This document shows, piece by piece, positions 52,056 through 63,995 of a stretch of DNA of 64,000 nucleotides (positions within the stretch are counted from its first letter, which is position 1; each line of letters starts with the position of its first letter). The notes beneath the pieces were generated by a model, which saw nothing but the letters and a program-made list of their open reading frames with translations, was not told the DNA's origin and made no database searches. Source of the DNA: Sphyrna mokarran (lineage: Eukaryota); contig JAGIQG010000014.1 in NCBI GenBank assembly GCA_024679065.1, forward strand, positions 7,502,001-7,566,000. The letters run 5' to 3'. A program made the translations under genes and the position numbers.

Positions 52056-53279
52056 TTTTTATGATTTCCTCCTTTAAATGACACTTACGTAATGTAAACA
52101 AGATTCTTTTTTCCAAATTCACTGAGGGGAGAATTCAGTATCCATCTTTGTGTTGTGATCGCACAGACACTGTAACATTTGACTTCACGGATTTGCAAAC
52201 TCGAAGCTGCAAGTTAGCAGCGCACTGCAAGGTATTGTTTTCCCAGAGCTGTCTAAATGTTCCCACTTTGACAAAGCTCTTCAGAAACAGCTACTGCTGC
52301 TCTTAAGCTCGCCTTTCTCGGTTGTGCAGCACCTAAGATCTGACGGAAGATATTGGAAAAAATGTAGTGCGATACAATTCAAAGCTCCAGATTCAACTTC
52401 ACCAGCTTGGCTTAGTTGGCTAACGTGCCAGTCCAGTGAACATTTTTTTTTTTGAGATTCCGGTACATTTTGCCAATATTTAAATTAAAACCGTCTGAGA
52501 ATAGTGTTGGCAAAAATGTTATTCATATAGAAGTGGTCAATTTCAACTTTGGATTTGACATGCAAATCAGCAATTTTAACTAGTTCTCTCGATAACTGAG
52601 AAAAAAAAAGATGTTAAGACTTTTATTCAGGACTGCATTTCGGGTGGAAGGTGTGCTTATTTGACTGTTAGATCTGCTTACACCCCGCAATTTGTGATTC
52701 ACAACATTTCGATCATTGTTGTCAATATCTGGCGTTCACGTTCTGTCTCATAAAACTCTTTGATATATTGTTTTAATATTCATTCCTGAAGTCACCACTG
52801 AATTTTTGGATCTTCCGATTCCAATTTGAGCAACCTAATATGTCCCCAAAATCATCGCATTCTTCAAAGAGTGCATGGTCGTGCGAACATACCTGAGTAA
52901 TTACAGTTGTCACATCACACAACGCTGGTTACGAGCGAGAATTTGTCGCAAGTTAGAAGATTTGTGAGATTAAGCCAAAAAAAGAGGCTGCTGTTTTGCC
53001 TGTGAGGAAAATGCACTGTACAGAGTGAATTACCAAAGAAGGAAATGCAAATGCACTTCATTACCTCTCATCAAATAATGAAGATAACAAGAAGATAAAT
53101 GACAAAGCGGTTTGCATACCATTGTGCGTTTTGTTATCATTGACATGGGTAGAAAGAGAGATGAAGATTTGCAATAATAATTCAGTAAGTTAGAAACAAG
53201 ACTAAAAAAAAAGACGACTTCTTGTGTTGCAATCTCTGGATTTCTCCCAATGCCACGTGCCAAAGAGCACATATCAAAG

Positions 53280-55110
53280 AATAAAGATCAAAGAATAGTG
53301 CAGCGCAGGAACAGGCCCTTTCGGATTTCTACGCCCAGTCCAATCATGTTTACCTTTCTAAATCAACTGATCGTATCCCTCTATTCTCCGATTATTAAAA
53401 TAACTACCAGGGTAAGTCTTAAGTGCGACTAAAGTAACCTGAATTGGCAGCGCGTTTCGCCAACCACCACCACCCCCCAACTACCACCACCACCGCAAAT
53501 TTTATGTGCAAAAAGAAACCTCCACACATTTTCACTGAACATTTCTCCCACCCTCACAAACTGCATTACCTCACCCGCCCCTCCCCCGCCCCCATCTTCT
53601 ACCAGGTCGCCACTTAGCCTCCTGCTTTCCAGTGAGAACCATCCCACTATCTTAAGTCTCTTCTCAAAGTTAATAAACTGCATTCCAGACAATTTTCTGG
53701 GAAACCTTTTCTGCACTCTCTCCAAAGCGTCCACATCCTTCTGATGCTGTGATGACCCAAATTTGGCCTTGTTTTACAAGTGAGGCCTAATCAAGGTTTC
53801 ATACAACTCTAAATATTTTGCCAATTTTTATACCCAAAGTCCCGTTTGATGAAGGCAAGCATACAACATGTTTTCTTCACCACCTTTTCCACCAGTGCTT
53901 CCACTTTAAAGGATCTGTAGCCTGTAATCCCAGATCTCGTTTTGTATCTATGCTTCTGATTGTACTACCATTTATTTCTTAACTCCCGCCTGAATTGGAC
54001 CTAAGAAAATGCATCACCTTGCATTTGTCTGGATTAAATTCCATCTGCTATTTTTTGCATCCAATTTTCCAGTCTATCTATATCCTGACAATTTTCTGAC
54101 AATCTTCCTCGTCTTTCACTGCTACATTCTGTCTTCAATGCCAATCCAGTTCTGAATCCATCTAGGTAGAAAATCCCTGCTCCTGTGAGATTTTATTTTC
54201 GCAGCAGCTTCCAACAGGGGCTTTGTCAAATGCCTTGTAAAAGTCAATATAGACAAAATCCACAGCCCTTCCGTCATCAATCATTTTGTCACCTTCTCAG
54301 AAACCTCAATTAAGCGAGTGAAATATGAGCTTCAATGTACAAAACTATAATATCTGTCGCTAACAATACAACCCACTTCGAAATGTGTACATATCCTATT
54401 CTTACGCCTTTTCTCCAACAGTTTAATTATCACTGACATCAAGCTCACTAGCTTTTAATTATCTTCGTTATTCTTGCTACCCTTCTTAAATAATTGAAAA
54501 CATTGGCTATCCTCCAAGCCTCTGGTACCTCATTCATGACCAACGAAGAAACAAAAAAATTATGTTAAAAGCCCAGAAATGTAATCTTTTGACTCCCTTG
54601 GCAATCTGGCCCTACGGATTTATCCACCTTAATGTGTTTTAATTCACCTAAAACTTCCACCTTCATAACAGTAACTTGTTCTAAATAATTTGCACACCTC
54701 TCCAAGAATCATCAATCGTATTTCTTCTTTATTAATACAGTTGCAGTGATAATGAAGAATTTCACCCATTTCATTTCATTTGGTTCCACACAAAATTTCT
54801 CTTTGTCTTTTAGTGGGCGAACTGTTTTACTAGCTATTCTTTTACTAACTATTGTCTAACTTTACTATTATCTTTTGTCTAACTTTACTATTGTCTTTTG
54901 CTAACTACTAACTTTTACCCTATTGTCGTAATATATGTGAAACATCCCTTGGGATTCTCCTAAATCCGTTCTGCCAAGGACATTTCTGATCCTTTCTTGC
55001 CCCCCAAAACCCAAATTGAGCTTTTCTTTTAACTTTTCCTCTATTCTTCAAATGCTTCATCTGTTCTTAATTGCCTGTACCTAATGAGTGTACTTTTATT
55101 CTGACTAGAG
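53280..55110 (-). mobile_element. Degenerate CR1 LINE
   Basis: DALERVQKRFPRKL...FSLESRRLSGDLVE; ctttgtcaaatgccttgtaaaagtc (reverse DF.KAFDK) near 54221. Confidence 0.82.
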
Positions 55111-55329
55111 TTAGAACTATAATGCAGAAGAATACAGGACTAAATGTAGGTACAGGAAAGAGGGTATTAGATTTCTGGATCACTGGAACCGTTTTTGGGG
55201 AAGCTGGGTCCTGTACAAATGGGACAGGATACATCTGTGTTTGTTATACATCTGTGTGATGTGTATCGTATCAGAGCCTACTATAATTCTTTTCAGTCCG
55301 AAAATGGGAAAAAAAACACAAAAGCACAT

Positions 55330-55560
55330 GAATGAAATCTATTCAATCGCACAAACCAACTTCCAAACCAGCGACCCTGTCTACAATTCCCGCTGTCTCG
55401 AAAAAGCAGCGACCATAATTTAGAATCTGATGCACCCCAGATATGCTGTCTTCCACCTTCTATTGTCTGGAAAATGATTCAAAAATCTGAGAACACGTAA
55501 CAGCCGACTCAAGAAAAGCTTCTTATCTATTGTAACCAGACTGTTGAGTGAAGCTACCTT
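55330..55560 (+). mobile_element. Rex1/Babar LINE 3' fragment
   Basis: Encodes HP..A.FHLLLSGK..K.LRTR..RLKKSFL.IVTRLL, typical of the Rex1 C-terminus; interrupted by the SINE at 55619. Confidence 0.7.
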
Positions 55561-55618
55561 GTATTAAGTTGACGCTGTTTTTTTTTTCCACATTATGGTT
55601 ATGTCTTTAACATTATAA

Positions 55619-55915
55619 GGGACGCCAACGTGGCACCATGGTTAGCATTGCTGCCTCACTTTGCCAGCAAAGTGGCAAATTCTGGTCCGAATTCTGGCTT
55701 GGGTCACTGTATGTGTGGCACTACATATTCTCCCCTTGCCTGCGTGGATTTCTTCTGGATGTTCCAGTTTCTTCCCACCGTCTGAAAGGTTTGCTAGTGA
55801 GGTGCTTTGGCCATAATAATTCCTCCCTAGTGTATCCAAGGAGGTGCTGGAGTGTGAGGATTAGGCAATTTTCACAGGAATTTAATGCAAGTCTACTTGC
55901 AAAAGTAGTAAAGAA
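55619..55915 (+). mobile_element. tRNA-derived HE1-related SINE
   Basis: gtggcaccatggttagcattgctgcctca head and ggcttgggtcactgtatgtg...tgcgtggatttc core. Confidence 0.8.
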
Positions 55916-56041
55916 ACTTAAAAAAATCTAAACTTTAAACGTCCTGCATTCTCTTCTTTCCTTCTTGATGTACGTTATTTTTTGTCTGTATAGCATGCAA
56001 TAAATAATATTTTTTCTTCAGCAGTGTACAAATCCAGTGAC

Positions 56042-56250
56042 GTAAGAACATAAGAAGTAGAACAAGAGTAGGCTATCTGGCCTCTCAAGCCTGTTCCGCC
56101 ATTCAATAAGAACATGGCTCATCTTTCCGTGGTTTCAGATCCACTTATCTACCCGCTCACCATAACCTCAATTCCGTTTCTGTTCAAACATGTATCTATC
56201 CTTATCCTAAAACATTTAATGAGTTAGACTCAACTGCTGCATCGCATTGC
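56042..56250 (-). mobile_element. CR1 3' tail fragment
   Basis: taagaacataagaagtagaacaagagtaggc reverse tail. Confidence 0.75.
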
Positions 56251-56254
56251 AACT

Positions 56255-57192
56255 GTCGATCGATGATTCGAGCGCCATATTCTGTTCTTAAGCGTCTGTA
56301 GGTGTCTGATGCGATCCCCAGATTAGCAGATCCTGTACGTACGGAGGGCACGTCCGTACAAGACAGCTTCTTTAACATATTTGGGGTGAAAGGGGGAGAA
56401 GTAGAGCATCGTGAGTTTATCCATGGAATTGCAGTACAGTGAAGTGCTGAGGTGACCATTCTTGATGGAGATGTGTTTGCCCAAGAATGCAACTGACTTT
56501 GGAGGGGAGTCCATGGTGAGTCTTATGGTGAGATGAAACTTGTTGTGTCATCATATGATTTTTTACCATGAGTCCAAAGGAAGAAAATATCAATGATTTA
56601 TCAAATGTTGGTTGAAGGTCCTATGCCGTGGAGAGATCTTCGGATATATGCATGAAGGTGCTAGCATATTGAGTTGGAATCTCGTCTCCACTGTTATTCC
56701 ATTTGTCTGGATGAAGATCTTACTATTGAAGGTGAAGATATTATGGTCCAGGATGAAACAGATGATTTGTAGAAATGCATCTGGAGATTGGCAGTTGTTG
56801 GCATTGGGTGCTGAAGCAGTTGCAGCAATGCCTTTGTCGTGGGGGATGCTGGTGTAGAATGCACAGACATCCATTGTGAAGAGGAGTGCTCCTAGTTCAA
56901 CTGCTGCGTGTGTGCTGAGTTTCAGTTGGAAGTCTGTAGTGTTGCAACAAAAGCTGGAGTACCTTTAACCTGTGCTTAACCCTCTCTGCATTCACATTTT
57001 CTTCTTCTTTAAGACTTGATTACCTGTAAAGGCTTGCATGCCCTATTTGTGAACACAACTCCTGACTCACTCGAGGAAGGAGCAATGCTTCGAAAGCTTG
57101 TGCTAGCAATTAAACCTATTGGTCTTTAACCTGGTGTTGTGAACATCTGACTATGCTTACCCCATCCAACATCAGCACCTCCACTTCATGCA
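56255..57192 (-). mobile_element. Penelope-like element: RT remnant plus inverted pseudo-LTR
   Basis: MDV.AFYTSIPH..G...FILDHNIFTFN...IQTNG and SVAFL...ISIKNGHLST.LY...HPKYVKEAV.YG.ALR..RIC; pLTR sequence at ~56990-57192. Confidence 0.85.
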
Positions 57193-57194
57193 GA

Positions 57195-58510
57195 GATTAA
57201 CCAGGGAACTACAGAGACACATCAGTGTTAGGAAATATTGGAGTAAATTGTGAAGTAAATCAGCTATTCCCATTTAGAGTGGCAAGTTTGATACATGACA
57301 GTCAGCATGACTCTGTCAGAGGAAGTCATCCCAAATAATCTGATTTTTTTGAGGAGGTGAACACATGTGTAGATGGGAGCAATGCAATTGAAATAGCTTG
57401 TGAGGATTTCAGCAATACGCTTGACAAAGCCTGCATGGGAGACTCATAAAGAAGGTAAGTTCACATAGGATACAGAATAATTTGATAAGGCGATTCAAAA
57501 CCAGCTGAGTTGTCTCAGACAGAGGCTGTTTTAAAGGCTTGAAGACAATGTAAAATGGTGTCCAATAATGATCATTGTTTGGTCCTCTTTATTCGCCATA
57601 TCTATAAATGGCAAGATGACGATGTGGGAATAGAATTAGTTCATTTGTGAATGGCACAAATTTGGTTGGTAGTTAACGGCAAGATTGAGTGTTTTGGGCT
57701 ACGAAAGGATATAGATAAGATGGCCAATTTTGGAAATGAAGCGACAGATGGAATTTAACCGTAAAAAGTCTGAGGCATAACACTTTGCAGAGAATAATGT
57801 TACAAGGACATGTTCAATAAGCAGCATAACACTAGGAAGTCCTTGGTGCTAAGGGGCCTTTGTGTCCTTTCCCAATGACCTCATAAGGCAGAAGGGAGTA
57901 CGAGGGGATGGTGAAAAAGATTTTGAACACTTCCGTTTATCAAGCGAGACACTGAGTTCAAAAGCATGCTGGAGTTGAATAGAACTTTGGTGAGGCTACA
58001 AATGGAGTAATGTGTGCAATTCTGGCCACCACATTACAGGAACGGTGTGATTACACTGGAGACGTTAGGGATGGAATCTTTAAGTTACGAAGAAAAGTTG
58101 GAAAGACTTGGATTGTTTTTGTTGGCATAGAGAAGACTAAGGGATGACCTGATCGCAGGAAATAAAATTATGAGCGGCATGGACAAGGTGGATAGGGTAC
58201 TGGCATTCCGTTATTTGAATGGCCAGTTACAAGGGGACAACAGTTCATGGTGAGAGGCAGCAAGTGTAGGGAGAGTGAAGAAAAGCTTTTATTGAAATCA
58301 CGATTTGGTGGTGGTCTAAATGTGTTGGAGAGCGATGCAGGCGGATTAATTTACATTGTTTACACCTGTAACTGGTTGAACACTTGGCACATCATAATTG
58401 CTATGCATTTGTGGGGTACGAGTTGTGATAAATTGTTTGGGTAGATACATCACGTGTTTCTCACGTGCCTGTTCAGAAATGATGGGTTAAAGTGCCTCTT
58501 GTGAACTGTG
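57195..58510 (+). mobile_element. Highly degenerate CR1 LINE
   Basis: ccagggaactacaga (PGNYR), cagcatgactctgtc, ggatttcagcaatacgcttgacaa and tgtgtgcaattctggccaccacattacaggaa. Confidence 0.75.
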
Positions 58511-58639
58511 TGTTTCAATTACAATGTGATTTTGTGCGCTGAAACATCTATCTAAAGCTCAGGATGTCTAATGCATTACGAATCATTGTTTCTCTGATAT
58601 ATTCAGTAGTTGTACATATCAAGAAACAGGTACCTCTGC

Positions 58640-59470
58640 TTTTCCATCACCGTTTGCATTGAACTATTTGTATTACGAAATCTGTCTACTTTCTCCCTAT
58701 CAAAATGAACGGCTTCACATTTCTATTAAATTTAATTTGTTACTTGTCCGCTAATTCTGCCAACTTGCTGATGTCCGTTTGAAGATTTACACAATCTTCC
58801 AGATAATTAACAAAAAAATCCAAGTTTTGCATCATTTCTGCGTTTCTCAAAATGTGCCATAAACAACGAGATCCCCCAGTCAAATAATATGCATCAGAAG
58901 GGCATATGTGTTAATACACAAGAATCACCACTAAAAATATTCCTGAAGTCTGAAAACAACTGTTGCCATTACATTCCGTTTTCTGTCACTTGGCTAACTT
59001 TGCAACTATGTTGCTATTGTCCCTTTCAGTCCAGAAGTTCCAACTTATTTTACAAAGCTGTCGTTTGACACTTTATCAAAGACTTTTTTGGAAGTTCATT
59101 TATACCATCTTAGAAGCATTGCCCCGATCAGCCATCTCTGTTATTTCACCTTTAGAAACAACATCAACAAATTAGTTACGCAAATTTGCCTACCAATAGA
59201 GCCGGTTGTCATTCATTAACATTCATTTTCCCAAGTGATTGTTCTTTTATTATATATAAGTAATGAACTTCTACAGATTTCCCAACAACCAAGATCTAAC
59301 TAATTGGCCTTTGGAAAATTTCGTGAACAAGAACATCACACTCGCAATTCGCCACTCCTCTGGCATCACTTCTGAGTGTAGGAAACTTTGGAAATTGACA
59401 GTCATTTGTGAAACAATTTTGAATCTCACTTCTAGCGCCCATGAATGCATCTGACCCGACAATGACAAAC
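58640..59470 (-). mobile_element. Highly degenerate CR1 LINE fragment
   Basis: MPEEWRIASVMFLF remnant (59271-59468); tttatcaaagactttttggaagttc (reverse DFQK.FDK-like). Confidence 0.6.
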
Positions 59471-59604
59471 ATCTTTCAGATGGGAAATTAATCCATTTTG
59501 TTATTAATTAATCAGTGATAGCAACGTAAGTTAAAATGTTTTTGTTTTATTTTGGAGATACCAGCGAATAAAATGCGGAAGCCTATATGCCATGCAAAAT
59601 TACA

Positions 59605-59780
59605 TTAAGAAGTCTCAACATCAGGTTAAAAACGAACAGGTTTATTTGGTATCACACTGTTCCGGAGCGCTGCTCACTTATAAGATGAGTCACACAATCA
59701 GGCCTGTTGGATTTTAACCTCGTGTTGTGAGATTTCTTACTGTGCCCACCCAGTCCAACTCCGACATCTCCATATCAATG
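59605..59780. mobile_element. Penelope-type inverted pseudo-LTR (palindromic) remnant just downstream of GPCR copy 4
   Basis: Arms aagaagtctcaacatcaggttaaaaacgaacagg and cctgttggattttaacctcgtgttgtgagatttctt are imperfect reverse complements. Confidence 0.7.
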
Positions 59781-59891
59781 CAAAGTTATAAAGGCAATCT
59801 ACACAGAGGTGATACTTTTCAAAAAAAAACTGCTGTCGAAGTCTCAGCTTGATTGTGAGTTAAAGTGAATGTTAATACTTTTACTGGTGTG

Positions 59892-60808
59892 CTATGCCAC
59901 ATTTCTTCCGTTACTGACAAATCTCAGAATCAGTGCACAGGGAAATGTAAACATCTTCTTCAACTCTTCCCGGAATTTCGTTTGGGTCGCTGCATAGATA
60001 AACGTGTTTGGGCAAGAACTCAGAAACTTCAACATAGTTCCAGCTTCTGTGGCGATATATCCTGGGTTTGAACGGTCACCTTTGTACGAATTGATATTAA
60101 CCAATCCGGAAGTAATAAAACTTACGACACCCGTCAACCACAACAGTAAAAAACTGCCCGATACACTGAAGAGTAGAATTATGGATAGCCTACGGCTCTG
60201 TATCTCTGGATCTGAGTTTTTCTTTGTCGTTTGAGACCAGAGTTCTTTTCGGGCTCTACTTACCAATATAATACGTCTGATTGTCAATGAATTAAGCAAA
60301 ATAATTAAAGTAAAGGGAAGCCAGACTAACCAAACTGAATGAAATAATAAGAACACCGCACTGACAGGTGAAGAAAAGAAAGCGACTCTTGAGCGACAAC
60401 CCCAGTGCACTTTGTTAATTATTTTTTCATGTTCAAATGCTAAAAGAAATGGGATATTTTTAAATGAGGTCAGAACAGAGAACAGTGTTATAACCACGCA
60501 TGCAATTCTCTGAGTGCAATGTTTTGCTTTAAAATTCTGGCAACAGATCATTGCAAATCGATCAAATGTGAAGACAGTGAACCAAACTGACAAATCAAGT
60601 GCAACAGCAGTTAGGTACAGGATTAAAGTACACACACGAGTGTGATAGAGAAATGAAAATGGAAAGTTATTACTTAAAATATGATACATCATTACATTAA
60701 TAACCATAACCAGTAGATCTGCTGTTGCCATGGCCAACATGATTGAAGAGATACATTTTGAAAGGCCACAATTTCCTCGGCAAATTATCACAATGGTCAC
60801 CAAATTAG
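59892..60808 (-). CDS. GPR139/GPR142-like class A GPCR, copy 4, coding exon 2 (gene 61012->59892, 328 aa spliced)
   Basis: 7TM ORF with MATADLL, DRF, LPFTLIILLN, DPEIQSRR and NTFIYAATQTKFREEL; acceptor tccttctttcAG ends at 60809; 70+917=987 nt. Confidence 0.9.
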
Positions 60809-60942
60809 CTGAAAGAAGGAAATAGGAAATGAAGAATATTCGAGAGTTCGTTTCACAAATATGAAGACTTATATTATCCTACAAAGTATTAAAAATGAGA
60901 CAGTGAAAATCAATTTGAAGCAAATAAATTACACTAGCTCAC

Positions 60943-61012
60943 CGGGTAGACCTATAGCTGCCAAGATTGGATAGTAAATCGCCTTAATCAACAAAATAAC
61001 TGGTTTTCCCAT
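60943..61012 (-). CDS. GPR139-like GPCR copy 4, coding exon 1 (MGKPVILLIKAIYYPILAAIGLP)
   Basis: ATG at 61012, donor GTGAG at 60942, 70 nt; intron only 134 bp. Confidence 0.9.
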
Positions 61013-61089
61013 CTTCTGAGAACAGATAAACACTGTAGATTTGCAATAATTCTGAGTGAAGTATTGCCGAGGCACTGAAGATGAGTCTG

Positions 61090-61152
61090 TATTTATACAT
61101 CTATGATCTATCCAGGAGCAAAGACAAACAAGTTGCGTCACCATAATCATTA
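61090..61152 (-). promoter_or_regulatory. Putative proximal promoter of GPCR copy 4
   Basis: Minus-strand TATAAATA 61090-61097, TGACGCAACTT 61130-61140 and TAATGA near 61147-61152. Confidence 0.5.
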
Positions 61153-61819
61153 TTTGCAGTCACTTAATAAACAGACACAGACAATGGATTTTAGACATGC
61201 ATTTAATACCATTTTAGCTGTAAGTTAAAACATAGATGAAGACAAGTTATTATTTATTTACCTGCTGTCAGTTTGGTAAGATTATATTTTGTTATTGGGT
61301 AGTTAAAATGCACACTTTGTTTTATTTTGCAAGAATATTTGATTCAGAATGATAATATTTTACAATGTATTTCAAATTGGAAGTTACAGAAAAAAAAACC
61401 TAACACTGGATTAGCTTCCATGCAGCATGTTCCATTTTGGATGCTGCTAACCAAACTTAAGTACAAAGATGCGCAAGTTATGCGGATTGGCTAGACTAAA
61501 TTCCCTCTTAGTGTCCAAAGTTTGCAGATTGGCCGTGCTAAATATGTCATATGATAGTGCCAGGAATTATGTCTGGGCAGAATAGTCAATCAAAAAGTCG
61601 GTGTAGATCTGGTCAACCAGATGTATCCTTCTGTATTGCTGGGATGCTACGTCTTCGAATATTTTTAACACATGTTCAGTGTCAGGAATTCTGCTTGGGG
61701 CCAAAACATTTAAAATGAAGTGAAAAAAAAAATGAAGTCCAATAGAATTCCACGTTTTCACACAAGATCTAGAGAGATAAATGCGTTTTGGTTCTAAGTG
61801 GTAATGAAATAGAAAAAAA

Positions 61820-62180
61820 AACACATGACCACATATTTTCTCTCCCTAGCCCTTGCAGTGACAATGGTCATCCAGATCTTGTGACACACTTGTACTTACA
61901 GTTGATATGCTGTATTCTCCTTGAAATTAAGTGATTCTTAAGTATGGTAAAGTTGGCCATGTTTGCTCCATTGTGGTGATATTCTTACCGTTCACCCAGA
62001 GTAGATAATGTTTCCTCAGCATGGATATGGATGCTATATTGATAATGGAGGTGGAAGTGCTTTTTCAGTGGTGAAGGTGTTCTTACACTCAAACCTTATT
62101 GAGATCACCTTCAATATTAACTGTTTGCTTAATTAACAATGGAGGTAATGGTGGTCTGTGAAATCCTTCTGTATTCATAA
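61820..62180. repeat. Unclassified ~360 bp repeat, copy 1
   Basis: Direct copy at ~63640-63995 (gaccacatattt..., cttgtgacacacttg, gataatgtttcctca, tatattgataatgg). Confidence 0.75.
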
Positions 62181-62604
62181 AAGCAGCTGACACTCATTTA
62201 GTTTCCACTCAACACGCTCACTTTACACTTAACTCACTACCTGTTTTCGCAGCTGTTGCAAATCATGCAGTAAAATACATTTTATATGCTTCAAGGACAC
62301 ATCCTGCAGAAGTCAACAATACGTGTATTGTAAACTTACTAACAGTATTCCAATAGTTACAGAAGAGATGAGAATAATCGTCTAATACTATAGCTGCATA
62401 ATGCTTACACCAAATTGGAACATGTTCTTGTTGAGTTGCTGATACACCTATAATTACACTGGAGTTGGTTCTGGTACAAACAATTTCATGCGCTTTTCTC
62501 AGATATGACAATGGGCATCCATAACTTCTGTTACCATGAACTCACATTAGTGGTCACCAAGGCTCAGGATATTGAATAACAACTGTTGTTTAGCTGCAGC
62601 GCGG

Positions 62605-62673
<69 letters not shown>

Positions 62674-62682
62674 TGTGTGTGT
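62605..62682. repeat. Interrupted (TG)n microsatellite
   Basis: About 38 TG units with a few substitutions. Confidence 0.97.
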
Positions 62683-63639
62683 TGGAGTGGGGAGGGTGCG
62701 GTGGGGGAGGCGGGGGGTTGCAGCGTTGTGATGCAACCTGCCAAGTTGGATGGCTATTCTGAAAGGTAAGTCGTCTGGCATGTTGGCCATTCCAATTGGC
62801 AGACACATCAGCTAATGTGGTGCCAAAGAAAATCTCTATCGACTGTTGTTGTATTTCTTGCTGAGAACAATGAGAGGCTCATCACAAGTGATTGTTTTTA
62901 AAGGGCAAGATTCAATAACTTTCTTCCAGTAAAAGCAGGAAGATATGTGAAACCTACAGCATATATTTGGTAGCATTCGATGCAGAGTGGGGCAGACGTT
63001 ATTGGCTCTGGGGCAGGACTGCTTCAGAAACATAGACCTGCAGAGTCATCAACTTCGTTTCCCTTCGGAATACAGAATTGCCTATTTGATATTTTCAACA
63101 ATTGCGACTGTACTTTGCTTTTCTATTATATGCTCAATGATAGCCTTTTTCTAAGAGCCATTAATTTAAAATTAAAACGTATTGATCACTCAATGTAAAA
63201 TATAATATCCCTGCTAAGGAACCCAACTTATATGAATAGTGCAGTATAGTTGATCAGATCGCTGGTGTAGATTTGCTGGAAGATACTGTCATTTTTTTTC
63301 TACACTTCTTACGCAAATCCTGGACGGATGTGCAAATGCATATGTCAGTATTAGTTCAAAATATTCTGCTTTGTATATGGGATTGCTATTTTTAAACTAC
63401 TGTGAGTTTTTTTTTTGTCGCTGTTGTTGTTCTGTGAATATTTAATATGGAATGTTTCGAACAAACGGAACGGATTGCAAAATATAAATGACCAAATGTG
63501 TATGCAATTGTCCTAAGAGTTTACAAAGTTAATTGTATCATGTTGAACGTGAAGTTTTGGTAGATTGAATGAATAAAGATATAGAATGAAATAGTGAAAA
63601 CGAAAAAAAAAATATCATCATGAAAAAGGAAAAAGAAAA

Positions 63640-63995
63640 GCACGAGACCACATATTTCCCTCCCTGGCCCTGTGGTGTCAATGTTTCTACAGAACTTGTG
63701 ACACACTTGAACTTTTAGTTGATGTGCTAAATCCTCCTCAAAATTAAGTGGTTCGTAATTATATTAGGTTTGGTTATGGTTGTTCCGTTGTGATGATGTT
63801 CTTACCCTTGCCCCAGGGTTGATAATGTTTCCTCAACAAGGACATAGGTTTTATATTGATAATGGTGGTGAAAGTGCTTCCTCAACGGTGACTGTGTACT
63901 TATACTCACACTTACTGTCATCATCTTCAATATTAGCTGTTTGCTTAATTTACAATGGATGTGGTGGTGTTCTGTGATTAATACGTTCTGTGATT
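63640..63995. repeat. Unclassified ~360 bp repeat, copy 2
   Basis: Roughly 75% similar to 61820-62180 by eye. Confidence 0.75.
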
